Program-made: the position numbers and the translations under genes | Shown: in pieces, positions 47,470-56,754 of the stretch | Layout: each line of letters begins with the position of its first letter | Position numbering within the stretch: position 1 is the stretch's first letter | Source: Bdellovibrionales bacterium | Lineage (GTDB): Bacteria; Bdellovibrionota; UBA1018; CAIMNF01 | Direction: 5' to 3' | DNA length: 64,000 nt | Assembly: GCA_947502835.1 (NCBI GenBank) | Contig: CANNBJ010000002.1 | Span: 397,850 to 461,849, forward strand | The notes under the pieces: model-generated | What the model was told of the DNA's origin: nothing | The model's database searches: none | What the model saw: only the letters and a program-made list of their open reading frames with translations

Positions 47470-48702
47470 ATGGCTGAGTACCAGTATGTAGCCCAGGACG
47501 GGGCCGGAAAAAAAGTGGAGGGACGCCTGGAGGCGAACAACGAAGGTGAGCTTCGGATGCTCCTCCGGAGCAAGGGCCTTCGTCCTACACGAATCTCAAA
47601 GGTGGCTCTCGGGCAGATGGATGTCGGTGCCACACTGAAGAGAATGATGGGAGGCGCTGCATCCCTCCCTCCTGATCGTCTGATGAACTTTGTAAAGCAA
47701 TTGCAGACCATGATTTCTTCCGGTGTTCCGCTGGTCCAGGCAATCGAGCTCTTTCTGGACCAGGAATCCCATCCGTACATGAAGATGATTCTCACAACCT
47801 TCCGGGACCGGCTGAATGGAGGAAGTTTTCTTTGGGAATGCATGTCCGCCTATCCGGATGTCTTTGAGCGTGTGTTCGTGGCGCTCGTTCGCGCGGGGGA
47901 GTCATCCGGAACCCTCGATGTGATGTTGAAGCGATCCGGAAAGTACCTGGAGAACTCCTATCGATTGAGGCGTCTGATCAAAAGCTCAATGAACTACCCG
48001 ATTATCGTAACTGCGATTGCGGTCGGGGTGATCACGCTGATGTTGACTCTGGTGATCCCTAAGTTTGAAGAGATGATTGTTTCGGGTGGGGGTGAGCTTC
48101 CCTTGCCGACCAAATTTGTGATTGACCTCTCCCATGGGTTGATCAATCACTTTTTCACAATTGTGCTTGCGCTCGGTGCTGGAGTGTATTTGATTCGCCA
48201 GTATGTCAAAACCGACGAGGGAAAAGCGGTACTTCAAAACATTGCAATGAAGCTGCCGGTCATGGGGCCCTTGATCATTCAAAGCGGGGTTGCGCGTTTC
48301 GCACGAACCATGGGCACACTTCTTTCCTCCGGGGTTCCGATTGTCGATGCTCTTGAGATTTGCAAGGACGCGGCATCTCACATCGCCTACGAGGATGCGA
48401 TTGGGTTGATGAAGCGCGAGGTGGAGCTCGGTGCGTCTTTCAGCAACGCAATGCTCAGGCAACAGGCTTTGTTTCCGAAAATGGCGGTCCAGATGACGGT
48501 TGTGGGTGAAAACACCGGAAATATGGACAAGATGCTCGAGAAGGTGGCTGACTTTTATGAAGAGGAGGTTGAAACCTCCATTCAGGGAATGTTGAAACTG
48601 ATTGAGCCGTTCATGTTGGTTTTCATGGGTGGAATTGTCGGTGGACTCCTGATAGCAATGTATTTGCCTATTTTCCAGATGGCGGGGAATACCGGGAACT
48701 GA
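47470..48702 (+). CDS. pilC: type IV pilus platform protein PilC (GspF family)
   Basis: Two GspF repeats and three TM segments. Sits in the pilB-pilT-pilC synteny. Confidence 0.9.
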   Translation: MAEYQYVAQDGAGKKVEGRLEANNEGELRMLLRSKGLRPTRISKVALGQMDVGATLKRMMGGAASLPPDRLMNFVKQLQTMISSGVPLVQAIELFLDQESHPYMKMILTTFRDRLNGGSFLWECMSAYPDVFERVFVALVRAGESSGTLDVMLKRSGKYLENSYRLRRLIKSSMNYPIIVTAIAVGVITLMLTLVIPKFEEMIVSGGGELPLPTKFVIDLSHGLINHFFTIVLALGAGVYLIRQYVKTDEGKAVLQNIAMKLPVMGPLIIQSGVARFARTMGTLLSSGVPIVDALEICKDAASHIAYEDAIGLMKREVELGASFSNAMLRQQALFPKMAVQMTVVGENTGNMDKMLEKVADFYEEEVETSIQGMLKLIEPFMLVFMGGIVGGLLIAMYLPIFQMAGNTGN

Positions 48703-48743
48703 TCTGAATCTGATTCAAGCTCTAATGTGCAAGGAGATCGAAG

Positions 48744-49688
48744 ATGGCGGCGATTGATCAAATCAAGAGACCAATACTCGGCAGATCAGTGAAGATCGAG
48801 GCGTTAAAGCAAATGATCACCCGAGTAGCGCCTGCGAAAACAAACGTTCTGATCATCGGAGAAAGCGGAACCGGGAAGGAGCTTGTTGCCCGGGCACTTC
48901 ATGAATTGAGCCCGGTGAAGGATGGCCCCTTTGTTGCGGTCAATTGCGGCGCGATCCCCGAGAGCTTGATCGAAAGCGAGCTTTTTGGGCATAAGAAGGG
49001 GAGTTTCACGGGGGCGATCGCGGATAAGCCAGGGCTCTTTGAGGCGGCCGATCGAGGCACGCTCTTCTTGGATGAGGTGGGTGAGCTCCCGACCTCCATG
49101 CAGGTCAAACTTTTGAGGGCTCTTCAGGATCGTGCGATCCGCAGAGTTGGCGGAAATGATACGATCAAGATTGATGTGCGCATCGTCGCTGCCACCAACA
49201 AGAATCTCGAAGAAGGTGTAAAGAAGGGTTCATTTCGGGAGGACCTGTACTACAGATTGAATGTGATCATGCTTGAGACTCCGCCGCTTCGGGAGCGGGT
49301 GGGGGATGTTGAGGAGTTGATCAAGGTTTTCTTTGAGCGCTTCAATGAAAAGCAAAAACGAGGTCTTTCGGGTCTTTCCCAAGACGCACTCTCGGTGCTT
49401 CTTTCCCATCAGTGGCCGGGAAATATCCGCGAGCTTGAGAATGTGATGGAGCGTGTGGTGACTCTTGAGTCGGGATCTGAAATCCAAGTTTCAACGCTTC
49501 CCCCCGAGCTGGTCCTTTCGGTGAGACGTGCCCAAGGGCTGCCGCGTGAACTCACGCTTCGGGCGAACTTTGCGCTCGGGCCCATCGACTTGGATGCGGT
49601 TCTTGGAGAAGTGCGAGCCTTTTACGAGCGTGAGGCACTCATTTTTGCGAAAAATGATTTGGCAGCCGCAAAAATCCTCTTCAAATAA
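48744..49688 (+). CDS. sigma-54-dependent activator, AAA+ core only (PilR-like, no receiver, truncated HTH)
   Basis: GESGTGKE Walker A, the GAFTGA-type loop variant ESELFGHKKGSFTGA, and ELENVMER. It starts 12 aa before the AAA+ core. It ends ...NDLAAAKILFK, lacking the Fis-type recognition helix. Confidence 0.8.
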   Translation: MAAIDQIKRPILGRSVKIEALKQMITRVAPAKTNVLIIGESGTGKELVARALHELSPVKDGPFVAVNCGAIPESLIESELFGHKKGSFTGAIADKPGLFEAADRGTLFLDEVGELPTSMQVKLLRALQDRAIRRVGGNDTIKIDVRIVAATNKNLEEGVKKGSFREDLYYRLNVIMLETPPLRERVGDVEELIKVFFERFNEKQKRGLSGLSQDALSVLLSHQWPGNIRELENVMERVVTLESGSEIQVSTLPPELVLSVRRAQGLPRELTLRANFALGPIDLDAVLGEVRAFYEREALIFAKNDLAAAKILFK

Positions 49689-49721
49689 AAAAACCCCCCG
49701 CCAAGTTCTTTGGCGAGGGGT
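49687..49721 (-). terminator. rho-independent terminator of pilA (hairpin shared with the convergent activator gene)
   Basis: Read on the minus strand: CCCCTCGCCAAA-GAAC-TTGGCGGGGGG followed by TTTTTTT. Confidence 0.55.
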
Positions 49722-49739
49722 TGAACTATAACCAACGGA

Positions 49740-50399
49740 TCAGATGCCAGGTTGGCTATTTACCAAAGCGCCGACCTCATTGATTGTCCAAATATCGGGC
49801 AGGTTGGCCCCCCCATTCCTGCCTCCAACGTTTCCTACGCCGCCGATGACGTATTGAGTAGCACTAGTAATTCGACCCTCTGCGCCGAGGGCGGTGCTAG
49901 GTCCGTTAAGAAGACTAGCCACAGGCTGAGGTGCGGTTGCCGGTGCTACAAACGAGTTTGCTGCCCACTGAACGTTTGCGGCAACGCATACTTCTGTAGC
50001 AGGGCCAGCACCACCACCTTGGGGCCAGCCTGCAAAACCATCGCACCGAGTATTCCCGGCAGGTCCACAAAAGTTAGCGGTCAAAACAGCGCCATTAAAC
50101 CCAATGGCGTATCGTGTTTGTCCCGCGCTGGGCTGAAAGCCAGCCTGCTGAATGCAACCAGAGAGGCCGTTTTCAGCACGAAATGATTCCACCGCAGTCC
50201 TGGCAGCGGCAAGGGCAAGCTTCACTTCCGACTGGCGGGACCTCGCCATAAAACTATTGAAACGCGGAATTGCAAGTGTTGCGAGAATCCCGATGATGGC
50301 AACCACCACCATGAGTTCCACCAAAGTGAAACCGGCCTGTGAGCGCAAAACTGATCCCGCACCCCTGGATTTATTTTTGATCACATTACTAATTTTCAT
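49740..50399 (-). CDS. pilA: type IV major pilin PilA with a 23-aa leader
   Basis: [23 protein letters not shown] then the [22 protein letters not shown] prepilin site. A GAGGGG RBS lies 6 nt upstream of the ATG at 50399. The C-terminal region is G/N/A-rich with 4 Cys. Confidence 0.85.
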   Translation of the reverse strand: MKISNVIKNKSRGAGSVLRSQAGFTLVELMVVVAIIGILATLAIPRFNSFMARSRQSEVKLALAAARTAVESFRAENGLSGCIQQAGFQPSAGQTRYAIGFNGAVLTANFCGPAGNTRCDGFAGWPQGGGAGPATEVCVAANVQWAANSFVAPATAPQPVASLLNGPSTALGAEGRITSATQYVIGGVGNVGGRNGGANLPDIWTINEVGALVNSQPGI

Positions 50400-50457
50400 A
50401 TTCACCCCTCGAGAGATTTCTTTTGCTCTCACTTTTGGATAGGATAAGGGACACCGG

Positions 50458-51138
50458 ATGAATTTGCGACAGATTTTTCATTTGCCTTGCCTGATTGCGG
50501 TTTTTTTTTGCGTCGGTTTTCATTTTTCAATTTCCGGTGTTGAGTTTGAATGTGCGAAGGATGTTTCTGACACAGGGTACGAATTGACACCCCGATTTGT
50601 TCGTTTCATCAGTGGTGGTTTGTGGCCTGTGATTGTCGATTGGGAATGGCTGAGATCACTTCAGGAATTGGGGGAGATGACCTACTCTAAAGAGACCAGC
50701 GCGGTCATGGAACAATCCTATCGTTTGATTCACGGACTTGATCCATTCTTCTTTGAGTCTTACGAGCAAGGATCGATCGGATTCATGGTTCTCCTCAAGG
50801 AGCCTGACGCTGCCTTGAGAATCCTTGACCGTGCGATCAATGTTTTTGAGAGCGGTAGTTTTCCAAAGGAGCACTGGACGCACGCATTTTTGCTTTACCT
50901 GAATCGCGCATCCGTCCATGGGTACCAAAAACAGGACTTCGCCTCTGCAAAACGTGATTTTTTGAAAGCGAGCGAAATCCCGGGAGCCCCTTCTTATCTG
51001 CAGTCCATGAAGACTTGGCTTGCAGGCGAGGATTCGGAGAGGGTCCTTGCGGTCCGAATGCTTAAGATCTTGGCCTCAAATACGAAGGATCCAGTATTGA
51101 AGGCGTTCTATGAGGAGGAGAAAAAACGTTATGAATAG
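50458..51138 (+). CDS. secreted hypothetical protein in the pilG position of a Myxococcus-type pil cluster
   Basis: Signal/TM N-terminus [19 protein letters not shown]. It is the first gene of a three-gene overlapping unit with the ABC ATPase and permease. Confidence 0.45.
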   Translation: MNLRQIFHLPCLIAVFFCVGFHFSISGVEFECAKDVSDTGYELTPRFVRFISGGLWPVIVDWEWLRSLQELGEMTYSKETSAVMEQSYRLIHGLDPFFFESYEQGSIGFMVLLKEPDAALRILDRAINVFESGSFPKEHWTHAFLLYLNRASVHGYQKQDFASAKRDFLKASEIPGAPSYLQSMKTWLAGEDSERVLAVRMLKILASNTKDPVLKAFYEEEKKRYE

Positions 51139-51817
51139 TGCTCGGTTTCCTGCGGTCGAATTGAAGGATGTGGAGTGGGGAGTGGCAGGAAAGAATATTC
51201 TCAAGTCTTGCTCCGTCAAGGTTGGCTTCGGGGAATGTGTTGGAGTCATTGGGCACAATGGAGCCGGAAAGACCACATTGTTTCAAATCTTGATGGGATT
51301 CAAGATTCCCAGCCGCGGTGACCTGTTTCTTAATGGCGTGTCCTCGCTTAATCCGAAGTCGAGAATTGGTGTTGCTTATGTTCCGGAACGTCCTTATTTC
51401 AACGTCGAGCAAACCTTTATGGATTTTCTCTCGCTTCACTGCGCACTTGCAGGCCTAACTGCCGGAAAAAAGATGTACGAGATCAAGCGGGTGTCGCTCG
51501 AAGTGGGCTTGCAGGATCATCTTGTTCAAAAAATGAAATCCTTTTCAAAGGGGATGCTTCAGAAAGCGTCTTTGGCCCAGGCTGCGATCGGAGACCCTTC
51601 AATCATGATTCTGGATGAGCCGATGAGCGGCTTGGACCCGGAGTCACGTGATGTTCTGCGAACTCTGATCCAGTCGTGGAGATCGTCCGGTAAGACGATC
51701 CTCTTTTCTTCCCACGCGATCGAAGATCTCGAGGCGCTTGCGAATCGGGTGATTGCTCTCTCGGCAGGGGAAATTCGTTTTGATGGATCATTAGAGGAAT
51801 GGAGGAGTAAAAGATGA
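51131..51817 (+). CDS. ABC transporter ATP-binding protein (pilH-like position)
   Basis: Walker A GHNGAGKTTLF, signature MKSFSKGMLQKASLAQA, and Walker B IMILDEPMSGLD. Confidence 0.8.
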   Translation: MNSARFPAVELKDVEWGVAGKNILKSCSVKVGFGECVGVIGHNGAGKTTLFQILMGFKIPSRGDLFLNGVSSLNPKSRIGVAYVPERPYFNVEQTFMDFLSLHCALAGLTAGKKMYEIKRVSLEVGLQDHLVQKMKSFSKGMLQKASLAQAAIGDPSIMILDEPMSGLDPESRDVLRTLIQSWRSSGKTILFSSHAIEDLEALANRVIALSAGEIRFDGSLEEWRSKR

Positions 51818-52602
51818 GCCGGGATTCGTGGATTGTTTCGCAGATACGTTCCTTTTTCGCGATTGCGATCTACACTTTCCGGAACCTGCTCCGCGAGAAG
51901 ATCCTCTATACACTTTTCTTTGTCGCCATCTTTCTTCTCATGATAGGGTATCTCGCTGCATTGTTGGTTTGGGGCCGTCAGGATAGAATCCTGCTTCATT
52001 TTGGAACCTTTGTGAATGCTCTTGCGGTTCTTGCTGTTTCGCTTGGGGCCGGATCCAGCGTTTTGCGAACTGAAATTGAGAACCGGAGCATTTATCTCCT
52101 TCTTGCGCGCCCTGTGCACCGAGGAATCCTTCTGGTTTCAAAGTGGGCCGGAATTTCACTCTTCACGCTCGCTTATTCCACGCTTCTGATGTGTGTTGTG
52201 GGTGCGGGCATTCTTTTCTTGGGCGGTCCTGTCAAGGGGGCTTTCTTCCAAAGTTTCGGCCTGGTCTTTGTCGAGTCCTTGCTTGCATCCGCCGCCTCGA
52301 TTTTTCTTTCCTTTTTCCTGAGACCTGGACTTTCCGCTGTGACCTGCCTTGCCTATCTGTTTTTAGGCCACAATCACGACCAAATTTCGTATTTGATCAA
52401 AAAAGGGGCAGCGATCCCCGGGGTTCTTGTGGTCTTGCGCGGGATTACCCCCGATCTGTCGCTTCTTTTGATGGATACGCGGGTTTTCTATGATCAGCCT
52501 CTTGCTTCCTCGGAATTCATTCTTCGTGCCGGGTACGGCTTTGGTTGGGCCTTCATGTTTGTTTTGTTTGGCAACGCGGTCTTTTTCAGGAAAAATCTCT
52601 GA
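51814..52602 (+). CDS. ABC-2-type permease (pilI-like position)
   Basis: Six predicted TM helices. The start overlaps the ATPase stop (ATGA). Confidence 0.6.
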   Translation: MSRDSWIVSQIRSFFAIAIYTFRNLLREKILYTLFFVAIFLLMIGYLAALLVWGRQDRILLHFGTFVNALAVLAVSLGAGSSVLRTEIENRSIYLLLARPVHRGILLVSKWAGISLFTLAYSTLLMCVVGAGILFLGGPVKGAFFQSFGLVFVESLLASAASIFLSFFLRPGLSAVTCLAYLFLGHNHDQISYLIKKGAAIPGVLVVLRGITPDLSLLLMDTRVFYDQPLASSEFILRAGYGFGWAFMFVLFGNAVFFRKNL

Positions 52603-53370
52603 ATGCTGAAGTCCACTCTTGTCATTCTTTTTGGATTGATCATTGGAAGCTTCCTGAATGTGGTGATTCACCGTTTGCCGCTTGATCAGTCCGTGGTGAA
52701 GCCCGCGAGCCGGTGCCCTTCCTGCGGAACGGGGCTCAAGTGGTTTCACAATGTGCCCTTGGTGAGCTACCTCTTGCTTCGCGGAAAGTGCGCGGCTTGC
52801 GGAAATCCCATCTCGTGGCGGTATCCGCTCGTGGAGTTCCTGACTGCTTTTTTGTTCTGGGCAAGTTTTCGTGATCTCCCTTTCGGTGTGTTCGAGTTCA
52901 TCTCCCAGTTCAGGATCTGGTTGTTCATTGCTCTTGGTGTTGCGATTGCATTCATCGACCTTGATCACCGGATCATTCCGGATGAGTTGAGTCTCGGAGG
53001 CTGGCTGATCGGGGCCCTCACTGCATATTGGGATTACCGTGCGGGGCTCCCCTCGCTTTTGATTGCCTCTGTAGCAGGATTCGGGTTTTTCTTCCTCTTT
53101 GCCCTTCTCTACGAAAAGGTGACCGGGCGCGCGGGCCTCGGAGGAGGAGACATCAAATTCATGGGGACGATCGGGGTATTTTTGGGCTTCGGAGGCATCT
53201 GGTCGTCCATCATGATCAGTTCGGTTTTGGGCAGCGTGGTCGGGATCGCAATTGCGAAGCTGAATCGATCAGAACAGGCATTGCGTACTGCGATTCCCTA
53301 CGGCCCTTTTCTGGTGGTTGGAGCTCTGGTAGAACTCTTCTTCGAGGTGTCACGATGGATCATCCCCTAG
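52603..53370 (+). CDS. pilD: prepilin peptidase / N-methyltransferase PilD
   Basis: DiS_P_DiS N-domain with CPSCG...CAACG zinc tetracysteine, and the A24 catalytic Asp context (IDLDHRIIPDEL, GGGDIKFMG). Confidence 0.9.
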   Translation: MLKSTLVILFGLIIGSFLNVVIHRLPLDQSVVKPASRCPSCGTGLKWFHNVPLVSYLLLRGKCAACGNPISWRYPLVEFLTAFLFWASFRDLPFGVFEFISQFRIWLFIALGVAIAFIDLDHRIIPDELSLGGWLIGALTAYWDYRAGLPSLLIASVAGFGFFFLFALLYEKVTGRAGLGGGDIKFMGTIGVFLGFGGIWSSIMISSVLGSVVGIAIAKLNRSEQALRTAIPYGPFLVVGALVELFFEVSRWIIP

Positions 53371-53918
53371 AAGATGAGTGGAGAAATTTCGAGCTTTACG
53401 AGAAGATCCGCGTTCGCGAGCGGCGCCAGCGATTTTGGACCATCACTCTTGCGGCTTTTTTGTTTCTGGCCCTTTGCTCCGTGCCAGTGATTCAGGATCG
53501 GCTTCCAAAGTGGCAGTCTTTGGATGCGGCCCTTGAGATTTCCCTGGAGCTTGAGCATCTCAAAACCCGCGCCATCCAGGAAAAACGATCCGCGTGGTTG
53601 CGCTTTTCCGGTCCGGGCGAATTCAGGGTGGATTTTGTCTCTGATTGCGAGTCGAAAGCGGATCCCGTGGTTGAAAAAGTTTCCAGGTGGAAGGATCGCG
53701 AGGGTTCCCTCAAGGTGCTTGTTCGCGAGGAGCTTTCACGCCATTCCATTGCACTTGGTGTGGATGAGATCTGTTTTGACCCGGTTTACGGACTGAGTGG
53801 GGTGAAATCCCGCATTGTTTTGGTGATTGCACCCGTCAAGGACTTGACGGAAGGTCGTTTCGAGCGCGCATCGTACGTCGAGCTCGAAGGGGAATCGGCA
53901 AAAATTTCCATAAATTAG
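53355..53918 (+). CDS. membrane-anchored hypothetical protein between pilD and pilM
   Basis: The ATG at 53355 overlaps the pilD 3' end by 16 nt. One TM helix (FWTITLAAFLFLALCSVPVI). No family assignment. Confidence 0.4.
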   Translation: MDHPLEDEWRNFELYEKIRVRERRQRFWTITLAAFLFLALCSVPVIQDRLPKWQSLDAALEISLELEHLKTRAIQEKRSAWLRFSGPGEFRVDFVSDCESKADPVVEKVSRWKDREGSLKVLVREELSRHSIALGVDEICFDPVYGLSGVKSRIVLVIAPVKDLTEGRFERASYVELEGESAKISIN

Positions 53919-53964
53919 AGTCAATGAATTGTAATTTCCGCGCGCGCTGTGTAACCTCTTAAAG

Positions 53965-55056
53965 ATGGCATCCGCTCATGGAAGGGCAGGAAGTGGTTCC
54001 GGTTTTCTCTCTCGCTTGTTCGGTTCAGGAAAATCCCTGATCGGCTTGAGCGTCGGTGCGTCCTGTACCAAGGCAGTGGAAATCAACACTCGTGGTAAAG
54101 GGTGGACTTTCAAGTCCTTCGAATCGAGTCCTGTGGAGGGTGCTCTTTCGGATCAGCGTGAAATCATCAACCCATCCTCTGTATCCGAGTCGATCCGAGA
54201 TGTCTTCTCAAGAGCGAGGATTTCAACCAAAGATGTGTGCGCTGCTGTAACGGGCAGCGGGGTGATCATCAAAACCCTCACTCTCAGCATCACCAACATG
54301 AAAGAATTGAACGACCAGGTGCTCTGGGAAGCGGAACAATACATCCCCTTCGATATCAATGATGTGGTCGTGGATTACCAGGTCCTCCGGAAACTGAAGG
54401 ACAACCAGGTCGAGGTGATCATTGTGGCGGTGAAGAAGGATTTTCTGGATCAGTACCGGAGTGTCATCGAAAGTGCCAAGCTCAAAATCAATGTATTTGA
54501 TGTGGAAATGTTCGCTCTCCAGAACTGCTTCGAAATGAACTATGATCCTCCCTTGAATCAAGCGGTGTTGTTGGCGGACATTGGTGCGATGAGCACAAAA
54601 ATGGTGATTTGCTCGGAAGGTGTCCCTCTCTTCACGAAGGATTCACCCTACGGCGGAAGCCTCGTGTCGCTTGAAATTCAGCGGGAATTGAAGCTTCCCT
54701 CCATCATGGATGCCGAAGCCTTGAAGATTTCCGGAAATCTTCCGCAGGAGGTTGCCGAGATCGTGAACCGCACCTCCCACACGATCGGTGCGGAGCTCAA
54801 AAAATCCCTCGATTTCTACAATGCATCCTCGGTCGGACCCCCGGTTTCAGTGGTGTTCCTGTCCGGAGGAGCGTCTCGCGCCCCGGGGCTCGTTCAGGTC
54901 GTTGCCGAATATGTGGGGACACCTGTTGAATTCTTGAATCCTTTTGAGAGAGTTCACCCGAATCCGAAAAAGCATACGCCTGAATTTTTGGAAACCATCG
55001 CACGGGAAGCGGTCATTCCGATGGGTCTTGCCATGCGATCGAGGGATGCGAAATGA
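53965..55056 (+). CDS. pilM: type IV pilus assembly protein PilM
   Basis: Actin-like ATPase fold (GLSVGASCTKAVEI..., DIGAMSTKMVI). It is the first gene of the pilMNOPQ block. Confidence 0.85.
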   Translation: MASAHGRAGSGSGFLSRLFGSGKSLIGLSVGASCTKAVEINTRGKGWTFKSFESSPVEGALSDQREIINPSSVSESIRDVFSRARISTKDVCAAVTGSGVIIKTLTLSITNMKELNDQVLWEAEQYIPFDINDVVVDYQVLRKLKDNQVEVIIVAVKKDFLDQYRSVIESAKLKINVFDVEMFALQNCFEMNYDPPLNQAVLLADIGAMSTKMVICSEGVPLFTKDSPYGGSLVSLEIQRELKLPSIMDAEALKISGNLPQEVAEIVNRTSHTIGAELKKSLDFYNASSVGPPVSVVFLSGGASRAPGLVQVVAEYVGTPVEFLNPFERVHPNPKKHTPEFLETIAREAVIPMGLAMRSRDAK

Positions 55057-55673
55057 TCCGGATCAATCTCGCGAAGAAAAAACCGGCATCGATGGGCGGA
55101 GGGGGGATGGGTGCCTCTGTCGGGAGCGGTTTCTCGCTGAAGTCGATTTTCGAGGGTAGAGGCGGGGACATCTGGACTGTGGGCAGCGTTCTCGTAATCC
55201 CGCTCGCTCTGGCCATCGGTGCAAATATTTATTATGACGACTATCTCCTCCAGCGCACGGCCGAGATCCAAAAGCAAATCACGGATCGTGGAAAAGAAAA
55301 GGAAAAGCTCCAACGGGAACTTCTAAGTGTGAAGGGATATGAGGCCATCAAACAACAACTTGAAGAGAATTCCTCGGTAATCCGGAACAAGATCGACACC
55401 ATTGAGAGGCTGATTCGGGACCGCGATTTCGCGACGAAATCCCTGATCACGATGGCCCAGTCCATGCCGAAAGAGATGTGGATTGCCGAATATGCCTTTG
55501 ATGACAGGGGCTATCGAATCAGTGGCTCAAGCCTGGATGCGGGCATGATCTCGGAACTGATGGGGCGTTTGCAAAAGAGCATTTATTTTACAAACCTTCA
55601 GTTGATCTCCAGCTCCTCCACGGACGGACAGGGGATGAAGGCGGATTTCTCGCTTCAAGGCAAGGTGGAATGA
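55053..55673 (+). CDS. pilN: type IV pilus assembly protein PilN
   Basis: Single TM helix followed by a coiled-coil. The start overlaps the pilM stop (ATGA). Confidence 0.75.
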   Translation: MIRINLAKKKPASMGGGGMGASVGSGFSLKSIFEGRGGDIWTVGSVLVIPLALAIGANIYYDDYLLQRTAEIQKQITDRGKEKEKLQRELLSVKGYEAIKQQLEENSSVIRNKIDTIERLIRDRDFATKSLITMAQSMPKEMWIAEYAFDDRGYRISGSSLDAGMISELMGRLQKSIYFTNLQLISSSSTDGQGMKADFSLQGKVE

Positions 55674-56296
55674 TGGAGGCGCTCAAGAGATTCCCCTCCC
55701 TTTTGTTGTTGGCAGCGTGGATCGGGTATCTCGCATATAACGTCTATGAGTTCGAGTATTCGGAATCCGGCGAGGCACACAGGCTGCAAGCGCAGGTCAA
55801 ACAGGCTGACTCGGAGCTGGATGGAATGCGAAAGAAGAAGAAAGAAGGTGAAGCGTTCCTGAAAAGCCTTGATTCCAAAAAAGAGGAGATCAGGGAACAG
55901 GCAAGGAAGCTTGCAGGATACCAGGGTGCGCTCTCCGAGGCTGCGGACATTCCGAATCTCATCAAGATTCTCCTCACGGAGGCGCGCAAGCTCGAGATTC
56001 GGGTCGAGAAGATGGAGCCTGGCCGGAAAAATCAGAAAGAGTATTATTTGGAGCAGGAATTCCGGCTGAACATGAAAGGCAATTTCCAGCAGATTGTCCT
56101 CTTCATGCACCGGATTTCCCAGCTGCAGCGGATTCTCAGGGTGGGGAATTTCAGTCTCAAGAAGAGTCCGATCAGCCTCAGTTCCCGTTTTGTCACGCTG
56201 GATGCGGGGATCTCTGTGAATGCTTATCAATACACGGTGAGCAAGGAAGATTCGCTCAGTAAGGAAGCGGAAATCAAGGGAGGAGCGAAAAAGTGA
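55670..56296 (+). CDS. pilO: type IV pilus assembly protein PilO
   Basis: TM helix (LLLLAAWIGYLAY) followed by a coiled-coil. The start overlaps the pilN stop. Confidence 0.7.
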   Translation: MMEALKRFPSLLLLAAWIGYLAYNVYEFEYSESGEAHRLQAQVKQADSELDGMRKKKKEGEAFLKSLDSKKEEIREQARKLAGYQGALSEAADIPNLIKILLTEARKLEIRVEKMEPGRKNQKEYYLEQEFRLNMKGNFQQIVLFMHRISQLQRILRVGNFSLKKSPISLSSRFVTLDAGISVNAYQYTVSKEDSLSKEAEIKGGAKK

Positions 56297-56754
56297 AACT
56301 GCTTCTGCCTGTTCCTCTTTTTCTTCTCGTGACCGGAATTGCCTCGGCAGCGCCAAACCCCGATGCCCCCGGCTCATCCATTGAATCGATCCTGAATGAG
56401 GGCTTGATCCGAGCCCTTCGGGATCCCTTCGAGGAGCCCGTGGTTGTGAAGGAAGTGAAAGTGAAGGCTCAATCGGACCTTGAACTCTATCAATTGAGGG
56501 ATCTGAAATTGAATGGGGTGATCACAGGTCCGAAAAAGACCCGTGCCTTGATTGTATCTCCGAAGGGCCAAACCTTCTTTGTCAAGGTTGGGGATTTGGT
56601 GGGGGCCCGTGAGGGAAGAGTCACGAGCATCGCTCCCGATTCGGTTCAGGTGGTGGAGTATTTCGTGGACGATCAGGGAAAGCGGTTGCCTGATCGGTAT
56701 GAGATGCGGATGGACGGAGAGCTTCGACTCCTGGACAGGAAGGGCAGGAATTGA
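56293..56754 (+). CDS. pilP: type IV pilus assembly protein PilP
   Basis: Short periplasmic protein with a signal peptide, in the pilO-pilP-pilQ position. Confidence 0.65.
   Translation: MKLLLPVPLFLLVTGIASAAPNPDAPGSSIESILNEGLIRALRDPFEEPVVVKEVKVKAQSDLELYQLRDLKLNGVITGPKKTRALIVSPKGQTFFVKVGDLVGAREGRVTSIAPDSVQVVEYFVDDQGKRLPDRYEMRMDGELRLLDRKGRN

Noticed and set aside
50400-50457. Searched the pilA upstream region for a sigma-54 -24/-12 (TGGCAC-N5-TTGC) promoter.
   Set aside because: No match in the 58-bp divergent region. The promoter may lie within the upstream gene, or pilA may not be sigma-54 dependent here.
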